The translations under genes and the position numbers were made by a program. The notes beneath the pieces are model-generated. The model was given only the letters and a program-made list of their open reading frames with translations. It was not told the DNA's origin and searched no databases. A stretch of 64,000 bases of DNA, from contig NC_059425.1 of the NCBI RefSeq assembly GCF_021028975.2, positions 24,366,001-24,430,000 on the forward strand, in the 5' to 3' direction. The first letter of the stretch is position 1, and the number at the start of each line of letters is the position of its first letter. Positions 38,040 to 50,500 of the stretch are shown here, piece after piece. The DNA comes from Sphaerodactylus townsendi (taxonomy: Eukaryota).

Positions 38040-39560
38040 ATTAAATATTTGATGGAGCAAATAGAACAATCTGGTTTCCTCTCAAGATATAAAATGAACG
38101 AAAAAAACACCTTTTTTTAAAAAGTGTAACGAAACAAGAAGAAATGACTATCGGCAAAATTACATGTTGTGATATTAGTTCGAATAAAGTTAAATATCTT
38201 GGGATTAATTTGAATGGACAAAATGATACATTATTCAAAGATGATTTTGTAACAACAAGATTTGTAATGGACTAAACCAAAAACTTCATGGTTGGGAAGA
38301 ATTGGTACTGTTAAGATGAGTGTTCTACCAAAACTAAGTATTTGCTTCAAATGCTCCCAAAGTATACAAAAGACAAAACTTTGAAGGAACAGCAAACCCA
38401 GATAAATAAATTCATCTGGAATGGCAAGAAACCCAGAATAAAATGGGCATCCCAATCCAGCGCCCTGGGACGGCCAGGGATGGCACCGCTGCGGTTTTAC
38501 CCTGCTGCCTGTAGCAGGCTTTTTGGCAATGCAGGGAGGCAAAAGACAAAAAAATCCCTCCCTGCTGCTGAAAAGCCCTCTATCGGGCTCAATGGACTTA
38601 AACCACCCAAAGGGTGGCATAAGCATATGCCCTGGGTGCCAGAGTCCTGGGAGAAAATGCTTGGCTGGAATCCAACTATTGTCAACACCACCCTGGCCAC
38701 ATCTCCAGAATGCCTCACTATGCCAGTGGGAGCACAGGAGCACTGACGCAGCACTCTGCACTGTATCAGGCATTCCAATTCCAATTCCAAAGCCTTTATT
38801 GGCATTATAAATTACAGAGTTAGTAGAAAAGGGGTATTTATCTACCAACTGAGACATTAAAACATTAAAATCCATTAAAACATTGAATACATTAAAACAA
38901 TGTTGAACATTCACAACCACGCCTTGTAAACCGCACATATAAATTAATTTAACCATTACTGCTATGTAGGCAATGATTGCGCCTGACCAAATAGTGCCTC
39001 AAAAAACTTGCAACCATTCAGGCATTCCAGAAAGGTGTAGAGGCGGCCTGCTGGTGGATTTGTTCCTCCACCAGGGTAAGTGCCCTGGGGTGGGCAAATC
39101 TGTCGGTGTACGGCCCCACAGCCTTCACAACTGCCACTCTGGATTGGGCTGAAAATGGTGGCTTAGATATGAAAGCAAAAATCAGCATAAATTTGAAAGA
39201 AACCTGTTGGAAATGCAAGGGGGAAAAGGAACATTTTACCATATATGGTAGACTTGTAAAAAAAGAGAAAAAATATTGGAAATACATGCAGAAATCCAAA
39301 AAATACTGAAAAACAAGTTCTAAATGAACACAAAAACTATATTATTGGGAATTCCACCAAAGAATTTCCCAGGAAAACTGCAAAAACTATTATTTTATTT
39401 ATTAACTGCAGCTAGAGTGGTTTTGGCATACATATGGAAAGCAGACACCTGTTCCAATTGAGAAATGTGGAAAAAGAAGATGAGAGACAATAGAAAAGCT
39501 TACTAGTCTTGTAACAGACATCCAAAATAGGAGTTTCATGCGAAATAGAAATATTTCTTG
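38040..39560 (+). mobile_element. L1/Tx1-type LINE ORF2 fragments hosting nested insertions
   Basis: KYLGINL, GRIGTVKMSVLPK, FIWNGKKPRIK, CWKC motifs. Confidence 0.7.
38448..39151. mobile_element. hAT-like TIR element inserted in L1, itself split by a LINE 3' end (38778-39017)
   Basis: TIR CATCCCAATCC/GGATTGGGCTG, 8-bp TSD AAAATGGG/AAAATGGT; inner insertion has 12-bp TSD TCAGGCATTCCA. Confidence 0.65.
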
Positions 39561-40194
39561 AGTACCGATATGACTAAATAATGCTTTGGAGAAGTATGAA
39601 AGGCAACTAAAATATGGTGCTAATGTTCAAAAACAGATCCAGTATACTATTATTTGCAAATGTTTTAAGAAGGGCAACTGTCTGACTTGTAGTTATAATT
39701 AATGTGTAGCAGATATTTAATCCATTCTGACCTTTGAAAGAGGACTAATCTTAACAGTTACATTACTTGAATAATAATAGATAAGAATGGCTTTATAAAA
39801 TGGAGAATATGATTCAAATCAAGACTTAGGGTATAATATGTGTGTGTGTGTGTGTGTGTGTGTGTAACATTTTGTCATTTTTATCTGTGAAGGTTTATTC
39901 TTTTCTATTTTGTTCTTATTATTATTCTTGGGCTATATTCCCCTTGAGGGAGTTAGCACTGACATTTTCTTCGCCAAACAGATATGTTATTTTAAAAAAA
40001 TATATAAAATTAATACAAATATAATAAAAAGATACAAAGTTCACATCTGGCTCCCTTAGAACCTACAGATAACCCTTTATTGCCCCTGCAGCCAATGGCC
40101 ATTGGCAGCACTCTCTGTAAGTGGGCAAATCAAAGTGAGTCTTTTCCTCCTCCATCTAAGCATAACTGTAAGATGTATATAAAGACAGACATAC

Positions 40195-40230
40195 CTCCTT
40201 CGCATCTTCTGGATTCAGTTTTGAGACAAA
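40195..40230 (-). CDS. SNX15: SNX15 exon 2 (FVSKLNPEDAKE)
   Basis: 36 nt, AG/GT bounded. Confidence 0.92.
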
Positions 40231-40965
40231 CTAGAGGAGAGGGAGAAAAAGAGTAAGAGGTTGAGACCCAGTAAAACTTATTATCTATATTATTTAACTT
40301 TTAAAAAATTATATCCCACTTTTCTTCTGATCAACATATCACAAAGTGACATACGTCATTAAAACTAGCTAAAATCTCATTTCTGTAAAAATACATACAG
40401 TACAGATACTAAAAGTGTAAGTCCCCATCCAGAGGGGGGAGGGGTTGATGACTTTCTAATTGTACTGCTTTAGTAAAGGGGGGGGGGGCATGGAAAGTAC
40501 CTTTACTTAACTTCTTGCAAGGCCCCTTGCAATATTCTATCCATCTTCAACAGTCACATTTGAGTCCAGCAGCCTTAGAAACCAACAACAGTTTAAGAAT
40601 ATAAAATTTGATTCTCGAAAGTTTATACCCTGAAAGTGCTACTGGACTCAAATTTAACTAGTCCACTGCAGGCCATCGTGGCTATCCTCTGCAACTGACT
40701 TAATAGGAATTTTTAAAAACTGTGTTGTGTGTTGGGGGAAGGGGATGCAACTTGCAACTTTCAGTCAGCCTGGGAACAGCACCCGAGGAAGGAAGTATTC
40801 TGCACATGCTCAGAGGGTCTTGCACACTGCTGCTCCAGCATGGGCTCCAAGCTTTGTAAGCTAGCTCCGCCACGCCGGATTTGGAACAGGAAGCAGCCCT
40901 ATTGATCCACCTCGCCCCCTCCCCTCAATATAGGGCTGGGGAGTTCCCAGCAACCCCTCCCTCAC

Positions 40966-41064
40966 CCTGGCAGTCACTTTGTACTCAGTGTAGCCTTTGA
41001 GGTGGGTTCGAGTGTCGGTGACGGTGTAATGCCTCTGGTACTCATCCTTCACCCGACGCGACAT
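40966..41064 (-). CDS. SNX15: Sorting nexin 15 exon 1 (MSRRVKDEYQRHYTVTDTRTHLKGYTEYKVTAR)
   Basis: 99 nt, start of PX domain, GTGAGG donor. Confidence 0.95.
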
Positions 41065-41300
41065 CCCAGCGCCCTTTTGGGCGTTGCGGCCCCTTTAAAT
41101 CCAGAACTCCCCCGGCACAGACGGCAGCGTCCAAAAGCAAGCGAGCGATGAGCTATCCGAATTGCGACTGCGCGGCTGGCCTTCCACTCAAAGCGCATGC
41201 GCACCTGGTAGCTTCTAGTCGTTGCTACCAGTGCGAGGGAGTGTCTACAAAGTGCGATGCTGGCTGCGGCTACCTAGGAACGCTTAGGGGCAGAGCTCCT
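41065..41300 (-). promoter_or_regulatory. SNX15: SNX15 promoter
   Basis: CpG-rich; NRF1-type palindrome GCGCATGCGC at 41193-41202. Confidence 0.6.
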
Positions 41301-42425
41301 TTGCAAATAGTCGATTTGGTATTGCACGGTGGAGATGCAAAAACGAGGGATGATGTAGTAAATCAGGAGTTTGAGAAAGTTGCCTAATTTTGAGCTAGGG
41401 CCTCTTGTTTGTATGCGATACCTACCTTGTTTTTACAACAACAACCAATCCTAGATAAAGGCTTGCCAGGCCTCACCTGGAGGTTGACAAACCTAACCAG
41501 CTGGAGTATGGTTATTCAGAAATCCAATGTGTGTAAATGGGCTTGCTCTTTGTAGGGACGTTTTGTATGAGCTCTTTGTAAGATTACAACCTAGAAGAGA
41601 AACATGCACTGACCCTTCCATGCTGTGAAGGTCTTTTCTCTTTTCCTCTTTGCAATTTTCACTCTTTGTCTGCTCTCGACTACCTTGGATGTTAGTTTGG
41701 CTCAGGTAGTGTTGCCAACCCTAGGTTAGGAAATTCCTGGAGATTTCAGGGTGGAACCTTAGGGACTGCAGGACTGGGAAGCAGTGACCTCAGTGGGATA
41801 TAATGGCATAGAGTCCACCATCCAAAGCTGCCGTTTTCTCCAATCTTTGTAGTCTGAAGATCAGTTATAACCTGGCAACTTGGCTGTTCTCAAAGTGTGG
41901 GTCACACTCACAGCCCACTCTCAAGTAGGTCACAGTTCAAAACTCATGAGCTGGGAGAGAAGACTTAGGACACCCCCTCCTCCCTGTGGTGGGGAAAGGG
42001 AGTGCAGAGCAGCCACATTTCCATCCCATCCTTCACCTGACACCTCCACTTATTCTCAGGGCACCAGTTCACTCCCAACCATGGACACACTCTAGACACT
42101 CAATAAAGAAAATTGAGCTAGTCAGCTCCCATGTGATGCCTCACTTTGTAGTATCTTCACAGGCTTGAAAAAAAATGTGAGTGCTCACTTAAGCCTCCCA
42201 AAATCAAAGTTCCTTTCACAATATTTCCATTAAGACAGTGTTCAGTCTCAGAATCTTTCCACCGCTTGAATGTCTTATTGTAGCCATACAAGCACAAAAT
42301 CCTCTCTATGGTTAACGTGATGCTCAGTCAAGGTGATTAGAAGACCAGCCCCAGGGGAGAGAGGGAATCTATATCAAAGCCTAGAAACCTGTCAATGCAA
42401 CACGCCTTTGAATCACAGCAGCAGT

Positions 42426-42431
42426 TTTATT
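42426..42431 (-). terminator. ARL2: ARL2 polyadenylation signal AATAAA
   Basis: AATAAA about 260 nt downstream of the stop codon. Confidence 0.6.
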
Positions 42432-42692
42432 AAGATATAAACTCCATACAGACCACAGGGAGAAGATAGCCACTTTCCCCCAGTGTCCCCGCCTTTGCTC
42501 CTTAGCAGAGGACCACACTCAGCAAAAACAGTCCCTGCCCCAGACTTCGGTCTGGCAAATTTGTCACCAAGGGTCAGACCTCATCCCAGGTCAGAGGGCA
42601 GGCCCAGCCATTTTAGAGGCCTGGCAAGGCAGTCCGAATCTCCAGCCACACTTGCTCATGGGGAGGCGGGGTATGCCTTTCCCCACCACTGC

Positions 42693-42827
42693 TCAGTCCA
42701 CTGTGAATATCCGGTTGGATATATCATCCAGTAGCCAGTCAATGCCTGTCAGCAAATTCTCTCCTGTGAAGGCGCTGCAGCCTTGGATACACCAGTGGTG
42801 GCTGTGGATGCTGTCGAGGCCCAAAGC
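42693..42827 (-). CDS. ARL2: ARL2 exon 5 ([44 protein letters not shown])
   Basis: 135 nt; the five exons total 555 nt = 184 aa plus stop. Confidence 0.96.
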   Translation of the reverse strand, partial: ALGLDSIHSHHWCIQGCSAFTGENLLTGIDWLLDDISNRIFTVD

Positions 42828-43919
42828 CTAGGAAAGGAAGGAAGAGGAAGAGGGTGAAGCTGCTGCAAGGGTTGGAGAAGGCCCACCGAGCAGGCAGGGT
42901 CTTTGGTGAGGGCCCCGAGATCTGAAGCACCTTAACCTCACTGCCAGTTATCTTCTGAGGTCTCCAGAGGTACTAGATACTTGCACAAGTGGAGCGATCT
43001 CAGGCCAAGAGTAAAATTGTGGGCTCATTATGCATGGAATGCTTACCTCATGCCTTTTAGCTGCGCAGCAGGGCTGTAGTATGGTCTCTTCGTGTTTCTC
43101 TGTTTACATGCAGGGGATCATTTTCTGCCTGCCCCGCAGCTAGTGTGCAGGTCTCAAAGGCCTCTGCAGCTTTTCATTCTCTTAACTAGGCCCATCAATT
43201 CCTCTTAAAGGCACAGATCTCATCATACCCATAGTTGCAAGGTAAAGGGTTTTGTTAAAGCCCTTTAAATTGCATTTATATATTGATATAGCTGTGATAA
43301 CAGTATATTGATATTGTAGCCCCTTTCCCAAAGTAACTCCCGCCCCTGCAAAAGAAAAAGGCAAAGCAATTCCCTGGACCACACACTGCTGAAGAAGGGG
43401 ACCATGTGCAATATCCCCCTCCTTTCCCCTTCACACACATACTGCTACTGTTGCTCCAGGAAAATTGTTTTAAAGTAGAGGCATGTTTGAAATAAAGTTG
43501 TAAAAAGACTTCCCAATTATTGGAGAGGGTGTAAGCAGAGCAGGGGAGGTGGAGTGGAAACAAAAAGAGATCCTGCTTATACTGTTCCTTGTAAAAGCCA
43601 ACTGTATTCTCTCCATATGAGCTTTTAGAGAAGGAGCTGGCAACATAAAACAAGAAGAAGGCGTGGACAGCAGTGGAAGGCAGGGGGATTTGTGGAGCTA
43701 GGTAGGCTGGCGGAGGGAAGATGTCTGGGGCAAAGCTGTGCTCACTGACAAATTTGCTCACTCTGGGGGCGAAGCAAAATTAAAATCGTGCTAGAAGTGG
43801 TGTTGCTTGCCGCAGAGAGAATGAAAAGTGAAAGCAGAGGTTGAAGAAACATGTCTATACAAGAAATCTTGCTGTGACGGACATTCGCCCCCACCATGCA
43901 GCAAAAACAATGTGAACAA

Positions 43920-45055
43920 TCATAGGTGGAATCACAGTTGGAAGGGGCCATATAGTCCAACCCCCTCCTCAATGCAAGATCAGCCTAAAATATCCCTGGC
44001 AAGTGTTCATCCAGCTGCTGCTTGAAGACAGCCAGTGAGGGGGAGCTCCCTAGGCACCCAATTTCCTAATACCTTTCCACCTACAATTTATACACATTAT
44101 TACGAGTTATATCCCCTGTTGCCAACAGGAACAGCTCATGTGGGCTCCAGCTTTCACTGAGGAACAGGCTCCAGGTTCTAGAACTGGTATTGACAGGGCT
44201 AGAATGTATTCAATGGTGGCCTCATCTTTACAGTATAGGCTTCCAACTGAAGGAAAATAACTCCTGGATGTAATTTCAGAGTTTCTTTCCATTCTTTTTA
44301 AGAATTCTTGGAGAAAAGGATTGGTGCTAGAAGACTGGAAGTGGCAAATGTTGTCCCCATCTTCAAGATGGGGAAAAAGGAGGATCCAAGCAACTACAGA
44401 CCCATTAGTGTGATGTTTACACCTGGAATTTTTTTTAGAACAAATCATCAAATAGTCAGTCCTTGAGCAATTAAAAAGGATGGTTGTAATTACAAAGAGC
44501 CATTTTGTCAACAATCCAGCACAGATTTCTCAAAAACAAGTAATGTCAGACTGTCTTATCTTTCTTTTTTTGTTGGGGGCAGGGGAGGAGTTACTACCTT
44601 GCTGGATCAAGGCATAGTTTGTCTTGATTTCAGTAAGGCTTTTGATAAGGTTCAACACGATTTTGGTGACAACTTGGTAAACTATGATTTGGATCTTACT
44701 ACTATTAGGTAGATTTGTAACTGGTTGACAGATTACACCTAAAGAGTGCTTGGAAATGGTTCCCCGTCCTGTTGGAGAGGAATGACAAGTGGAATGCCTC
44801 AGGGTTCTGTCCTGGTCCTTGTGTTGACATCTTTATAAATGACTTGGATGAAGAAATAGAAGGGATGCTTATGCAGATGATACTAAATTGGGAGGAGTAG
44901 AAGACAGAGACAGGATACAGGATATTGACAGGCTGGAAAACTGGGCTAAAACTAATGAAATGAATTTCGACACAGATAAATGTAAAATTCTGCATTCAGG
45001 TAGGAAAAACCAAATGCATAATTACAGGATTGGGGAAGACTTGTCTTGGCAGTAG
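43920..45055. mobile_element. CR1 LINE fragments (3' end on -, RT region on +)
   Basis: DWKVANVVPIFK/NYRPIS, LDFSKAFDKV, SGMPQGSVL, ADDTKLGG-like motifs. Confidence 0.8.
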
Positions 45056-45160
45056 CATGCTAGTCTCTAGGAAAATTCCTCCATCACATGAGCTGCAAAT
45101 TCCACCCCTGTATAGTGTGGTCTCCCCCCACCCCTTCCCCATATGACCACTGGCTCTCAC

Positions 45161-45241
45161 CTCCTGAATGGCACTGGCACTCAGAGCCCCTGGCAGGTCC
45201 TGCTTATTGGCAAAGATGAGCAAGGTGGCTCCAGCCAAGCG
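45161..45241 (-). CDS. ARL2: ARL2 exon 4 ([27 protein letters not shown])
   Basis: 81 nt, NKQD motif. Confidence 0.97.
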
Positions 45242-45432
45242 CTGTTGGGGAGAGAAGCAGCAAGTGAAAAAATGCTTTGCATCCACACACAGCCCTCATA
45301 TCTTGGAGTGCCAATATGTTCCTACTCCAGTGCAGGTCTGCAGCAGCAGCAGGCCTGGTGCCACCGTTCCTATGAACCTGCAGTCCACAGAGGGGGTAAT
45401 CCACTACCTGCTCTTCCCACCCCAGCTCTTAC

Positions 45433-45595
45433 CTCTTCCACCAGAAGGCTTTGCAGTTCCCGCTTGCAGTCATCCAGACGCTGGCGATCGGCACTGTCTA
45501 CCACCCAGATTAGGCCGTCCGTGCTCTCGAAGTAGTTCCTCCAGTAAGAGCGCAGAGACTTCTGGCCCCCCACATCCCAGATGTTCAACTTGAAG
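45433..45595 (-). CDS. ARL2: ARL2 exon 3 ([40 protein letters not shown]...)
   Basis: 163 nt, WDVGGQ switch II motif. Confidence 0.97.
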
Positions 45596-45962
45596 CTGCA
45601 AAGAGGTACTTTATTGGTCATGAAGGGGCTAGAAACTGAATAAGAAGCTTAGATTACTGAAAAGCTAGATTTGAATCCAGGAGAAGGAGTTTGGATTTAT
45701 ACCCGGCCTTTCTTTCCTATAAGGAGTCTCAAAGTGGCTTATAAACTCCTTCCCTTCCTCTCCCCACAACAGACACCTTGTGAGGTCGGTGAGGCAGAGA
45801 GAACTCTGAAGAACTGTGACTAACCCAAGATCACTCAGCAGGCTTCATGTGTAAGAATGGGGAAACAAATCAATTTCACCAGATTAGAGTTCGCTGCTCA
45901 TGTGGAGGGAATCAAACCCAGTTTTCTAGATTAGAGTCCACCACTCTTAAGCACTGTACCAC

Positions 45963-46155
45963 TTGGAACCTTACAGGCCAACAAGATTTTCGCAATAAGC
46001 TTTTGAGAGTCAAAGTTTCCTTCTTTAGATATCTGATGAAGGGAGCCTTGACTCTCAAAAGCTCATACCCAGAAAATCTTCTTAGTCATTCAGATGGCAC
46101 TGGACTCAAATCTAGCTCTTCTACCGCACACCAAAATGGCTACCCACTGAAACTA
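45963..46155. mobile_element. Second Penelope-like palindromic family
   Basis: CTGATGAAGGGAGCCTTGACTCTC-AAAAGCTC degenerate hammerhead core; related copies at ~29290-29495, 31581-31756, 40555-40695. Confidence 0.6.
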
Positions 46156-46288
46156 GACCACTGAAAACAGAGAGGGAAGTACCAGGATATTGTAAGAAGA
46201 AACAGGAAAAGGAAGAAGAAACAGGAAGGGGAAGAGCCAGCTAGACCCTTCTTTCCTGCACAAGGGAGGTTAGAACTGGAGGACTCAC

Positions 46289-46399
46289 CCACGATGCTCC
46301 AGTGTCTTGATATTGAACCCTAATGTGGGTGAGATGGTGTCAATCTCGTCCCCGTTGAACTTCTTCAAGATAGTTGTTTTGCCAGCATTGTCTAGGCCC
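46289..46399 (-). CDS. ARL2: ARL2 exon 2 ([36 protein letters not shown])
   Basis: 111 nt, P-loop GLDNAGKT. Confidence 0.97.
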
Positions 46400-47441
46400 C
46401 TTCAGACAAGTGAGTTAAGGAGGATACAGCATAGAAGAGAAAGGAGTGTACAGATAACTTTTGCTTAAATTTTCTTAAAGCTACCATGGAATGTTGTACC
46501 ACAAAAAAAGGTAAATACAAATTTCAGAATGGAGTGGATGAGCATTTTAATCTTCCTGAGGTGCTGCTCTAAAAGTTACTGTCCCTGGGCAAAGGAAAAC
46601 AATCTAATGCAAAATCCAGTAGATTTTATATTAATCCGATTTTTTTCCTCTAGTAATTTAGGATAGATGTCATTGCCTCCAAGTGAAGTCATTACTGTCT
46701 TTTGTTATCTCATTTAAACATCTTCTCTCCCTTCTTTCTGTTGTGAATATAAAAGCACCCACCTCAATGCATTTGTTAAATTCTGTTACATAAAATTTTA
46801 CAGTGGAATAAATGGTAAGATGCTCCTGAACTCCTGTTTAATTTTGCGGTTACAGATCAACATAGCTGCTCAACAAGTGTTCCCTTAGTTACAGGGTTAC
46901 AGGAAAGGCACGGGTATTGGGTTCCCAACCTCAAGTTTGGGCCAGGAATTCTCCCAGAATTACAAATGATTTCCAGATTATAGAGATCAACGACCCCACA
47001 TAAAACATCAGTTTCAGTAGACAGACTGTACAATAACCCTGCAGTTTCTTTTTTTTTACCTTCCCAATACTGCACCCTCCTCAACCACCACCCTAAAATC
47101 TTGAGGCAGTTATTAAGCCAGAGATGGCCACTCCAGCGCCCTACTTAAAATCCTTATACAGCATTACCTCCAAATCTCCAGGAAGTGAACCTTCCAGACT
47201 AGAATTTGCAACCCCAACTAGGGGTTCAGAGGTATTCTATTCTTCCTACAATTAATCTGATCATAAACTCCCAGCTGACATGATGCCTGTCTGGTGCAGC
47301 TCAGCAGGCACTATTTAAGAATAACTGCTACTCTAATGACGCATCAGGTGCGCGCAACTCCCTTAAATAAAGCAGATTATGGCTAGTGCTGGAGAAGGGG
47401 CAGGGATCGCCGGCATTACCCTCTTTCTCGCGGAAGGATAC
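46400..47441 (-). other. ARL2: U12-type (minor spliceosome) GT-AG intron 1 of ARL2
   Basis: 5'ss GTATCCTT; branch site TCCTTAAC at 46414-46421, ~15 nt from the AG; no polypyrimidine tract between them. Confidence 0.92.
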
Positions 47442-47506
47442 AGCATGAGCAACCGCAGCTCCCGTTCCTTTTGCCGCATCTTCTTCAGGATGCTGAGCAG
47501 CCCCAT
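47442..47506 (-). CDS. ARL2: ADP-ribosylation factor-like GTPase 2 exon 1 (MGLLSILKKMRQKERELRLLML)
   Basis: 65 nt followed by GTATCCTT (U12-type) donor. Confidence 0.96.
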
Positions 47507-50500
47507 CGCTTACCCGAGCTCGCAGCGCGGCGCCCGCTGTCACGCCGGGCCCGGGATCCTTTGGCACCGCCCCTCTGGCATCCGCCAATCTGGAACTCCA
47601 GCGACTTTCGCTCAAAGAGATATGTAAACAAAGAGTTCTATGCAACTCTCACTTCCGATTGCCATTCTAGACATGCTCCCTAAATGGACCAGAGGAGTGG
47701 AAGCCGATAATAGGATTCTGTGTTTATACAATAATGTAGATTCAGGTCGTGTTAGATTCCAGGAAATTTATTTATTTATTTATTGCATTTTTACCCCGCC
47801 AATCTCCCAAAGGACTCAGGCCGGCTTACAAATAAAAGCATACAAAAAGATACAATAAATAATACAAAAATATAAATATTATAAGATTTAAAAATTAGAT
47901 TACAACAGATGGCACGGGAAAACGTACATGTGGACATAAAAGCATATGTGCGCACCGTATCCAAAGTTCTTGAGCAAATAAAAATGGTGGGAACTCAGTG
48001 CTTCTCCACTTCAGTGCAAATAACATTGCTGTCCAGCTTCACTATGTTTTTTAAATCCTGCTTTCCAGACAAAATTGGCCCCCAAAGTGACTTACGGCAA
48101 CCATATAATGAAATAATGATAATGATAATCTTAAGTATGTGCGTGGTGGTGGCGTTACAGAATCTGGGTCCAACAGGCCCGATGCCTCCAGCTTCCTTGA
48201 TGTCAGCTGGTCACTCCGTGGTAAGTCGGAAAATACGATTTTGCTTATTAAGAGCTTTGTGAAACTCGAACATTTGTTTTCGATTGTGCTTAAAATATTC
48301 GCTTGAGTTTCCCAAACCTTTTCACCTATCAGGATCCCGAAGTTGCTTTAAACAACCATTAAGACTGTAACCCCTTGTTTTTAGCGGACTTTCCCTATTA
48401 AGAACCGCCTCTTCCGGGAAAAAGGAATAGGAGCGGCCAGACCTGTCAGCTAGTTACCCTGCTACTCTATGGTAGCATGTAAATCGCCGCCTTCTATCTT
48501 CATAAGGGCGATGGTTTTAATGGCGCTTGAACATTATTTCCGGTTTCAGATTATGCCTCTCTCTCTATGGGGCAAGAGGAGCGGCAACAGCATTTAAACG
48601 GACGGAGATACAGCATTCAGCCATCTGACTGGGTTTAAGAGGCCAGGGGAGGGGCCTTAATGCTTTGGAGAGAATTAGTAAATTTGTAAGACCCTCAACT
48701 CCTCTCTTAAAAAGAAAAGTTGTTTTTAAAAATAGAATATCCTTTTAGAAAAAGAAATGCATTGAAAAACTTCTTATTATAATCACACCTTTTAATATGT
48801 CCATGTCTTCAAAAGTTAATTTTGTATCAACCTTCATGTAATTTATATAATTAGAGTTGCCAGTTACTAGATAGGGGTTGGGGATCTACCAAAATTACAG
48901 CTGCTTGCCAGACTAGATAGATTGCTTATTCAAGTACTTAAACATTCATTCCACTTCCTCTGGAGAAAATGGCTGCTTTGGAAGATGGATTGGAGAAAAT
49001 GGCTGCTTTGGGAGATGGATTGGCATACCCTACAGAGGTCCCTAAATCTCACCCTCTTAGGTTGCACCCTCAAATCACCAGGTACTTCCGAACCCAGAGT
49101 TGGCAATCCTATCTACATACACCAAGTAGTGTATTTGTACCTATCACAAGTAGAGTTGTCAACAAACCTGAAGAAAAATATCTTGTTCCCTCTACTGTAA
49201 AGATGAAGGTAATCCCCCATGCAAGCCCCAGGTCATTACTGACCCATCACATCACAATGTTTACAAGGCAGACCTATGTTTTATGGGGTGGTTTTGCCAT
49301 TGCCTTCCCCAGTCATCTACACTGTACCCCCAGCAAGCTGAATATTCATTTTAATGGCATCAGGATAATGGAAGAATGATGCAACTTTGACCAGTTACCT
49401 GAAACTTCTGTCAGCTTGTGAGTACAGCTCTGACTGCAGTACTACAGCTTACTATTCTACACCATGGGTTTCCTTCCCTCTACTATAGGCTTTATTAAAT
49501 ATATTAATACATCTGTACCCTGTCTTCCTCCCCAATGGGGACTCAGAGTGGTTTATGACATCATTTGCCTTTCCTCCATTTTTATCCTAATTACCTTGTA
49601 AGTCTGAGAGACTATGACTGGCCAAAGGTCACCCAGCAAGCTTCCACAGCATGTGCAAGGGTTTGAATCTGAGTTTTCCAGGAGCTAACCCCACACCAAC
49701 ATGAAAATTGGCAGCTAAAGCTTTTCCTGGCGTAGAGGTAAATCACATCACCTGGTAAATAACATTCCATTAGGCATATATTAAAAGGTCAGGGCATTTT
49801 TCTTCAGGACTTTTGGTAATCCTTGGAGAGTACCAGTTTAGCATATTGCCCCTGCAAACCCATTCTCCAATTCCTCCATGCTTTCAGCGTTGACATTTAA
49901 GGACAACTGACGGATGAAGATTTCGTCCAAGTATGTGTCTGTTCAGACAACACAGCTTTAACTCTATCGATGTGCAGGCCACCATGGAGTCTCCCTTGTT
50001 CTAAATCCTGGGATGCCATTTCAGAAATTAATTTCAGTCCAAGCATGTTAGGAATGGGGTATAAGGCTCCTTCCATACATGGGATTTACTCTACCATAGC
50101 TCTCCAACAGGAGCAAGGTGTGAGTGGGCTTCCCCCGCCCCCCCGGCGCCCAGAGCATCCTGAAGTTCTTTTTCAGAGCATCCACACTATATTCTTCAAA
50201 CATTCTCCTCCTATCTGCTGCTGTGGTTTCCCCAGGTTTGCTGCAGTTCTTCCCAAAGCGACTTTATTCCCATCTTTACAGGAAGATCATAGTCAAAGTA
50301 GGTTTGGCCAGCATGTGGATTTTTAAACCTCTGTTCCCCTCCATTTCCTTTTGTGTCCTCCATCTACTCCCTGGCATCATCAGAAGACTTTTGGGGGGCT
50401 TAAAAAATAACTTGTTATTGCAATATCTACCGGTATATACTATCATCACACTGATTGTAGAAACACACCCAGTAGCATTTTTTTTAAAGCAAGCAACGAG

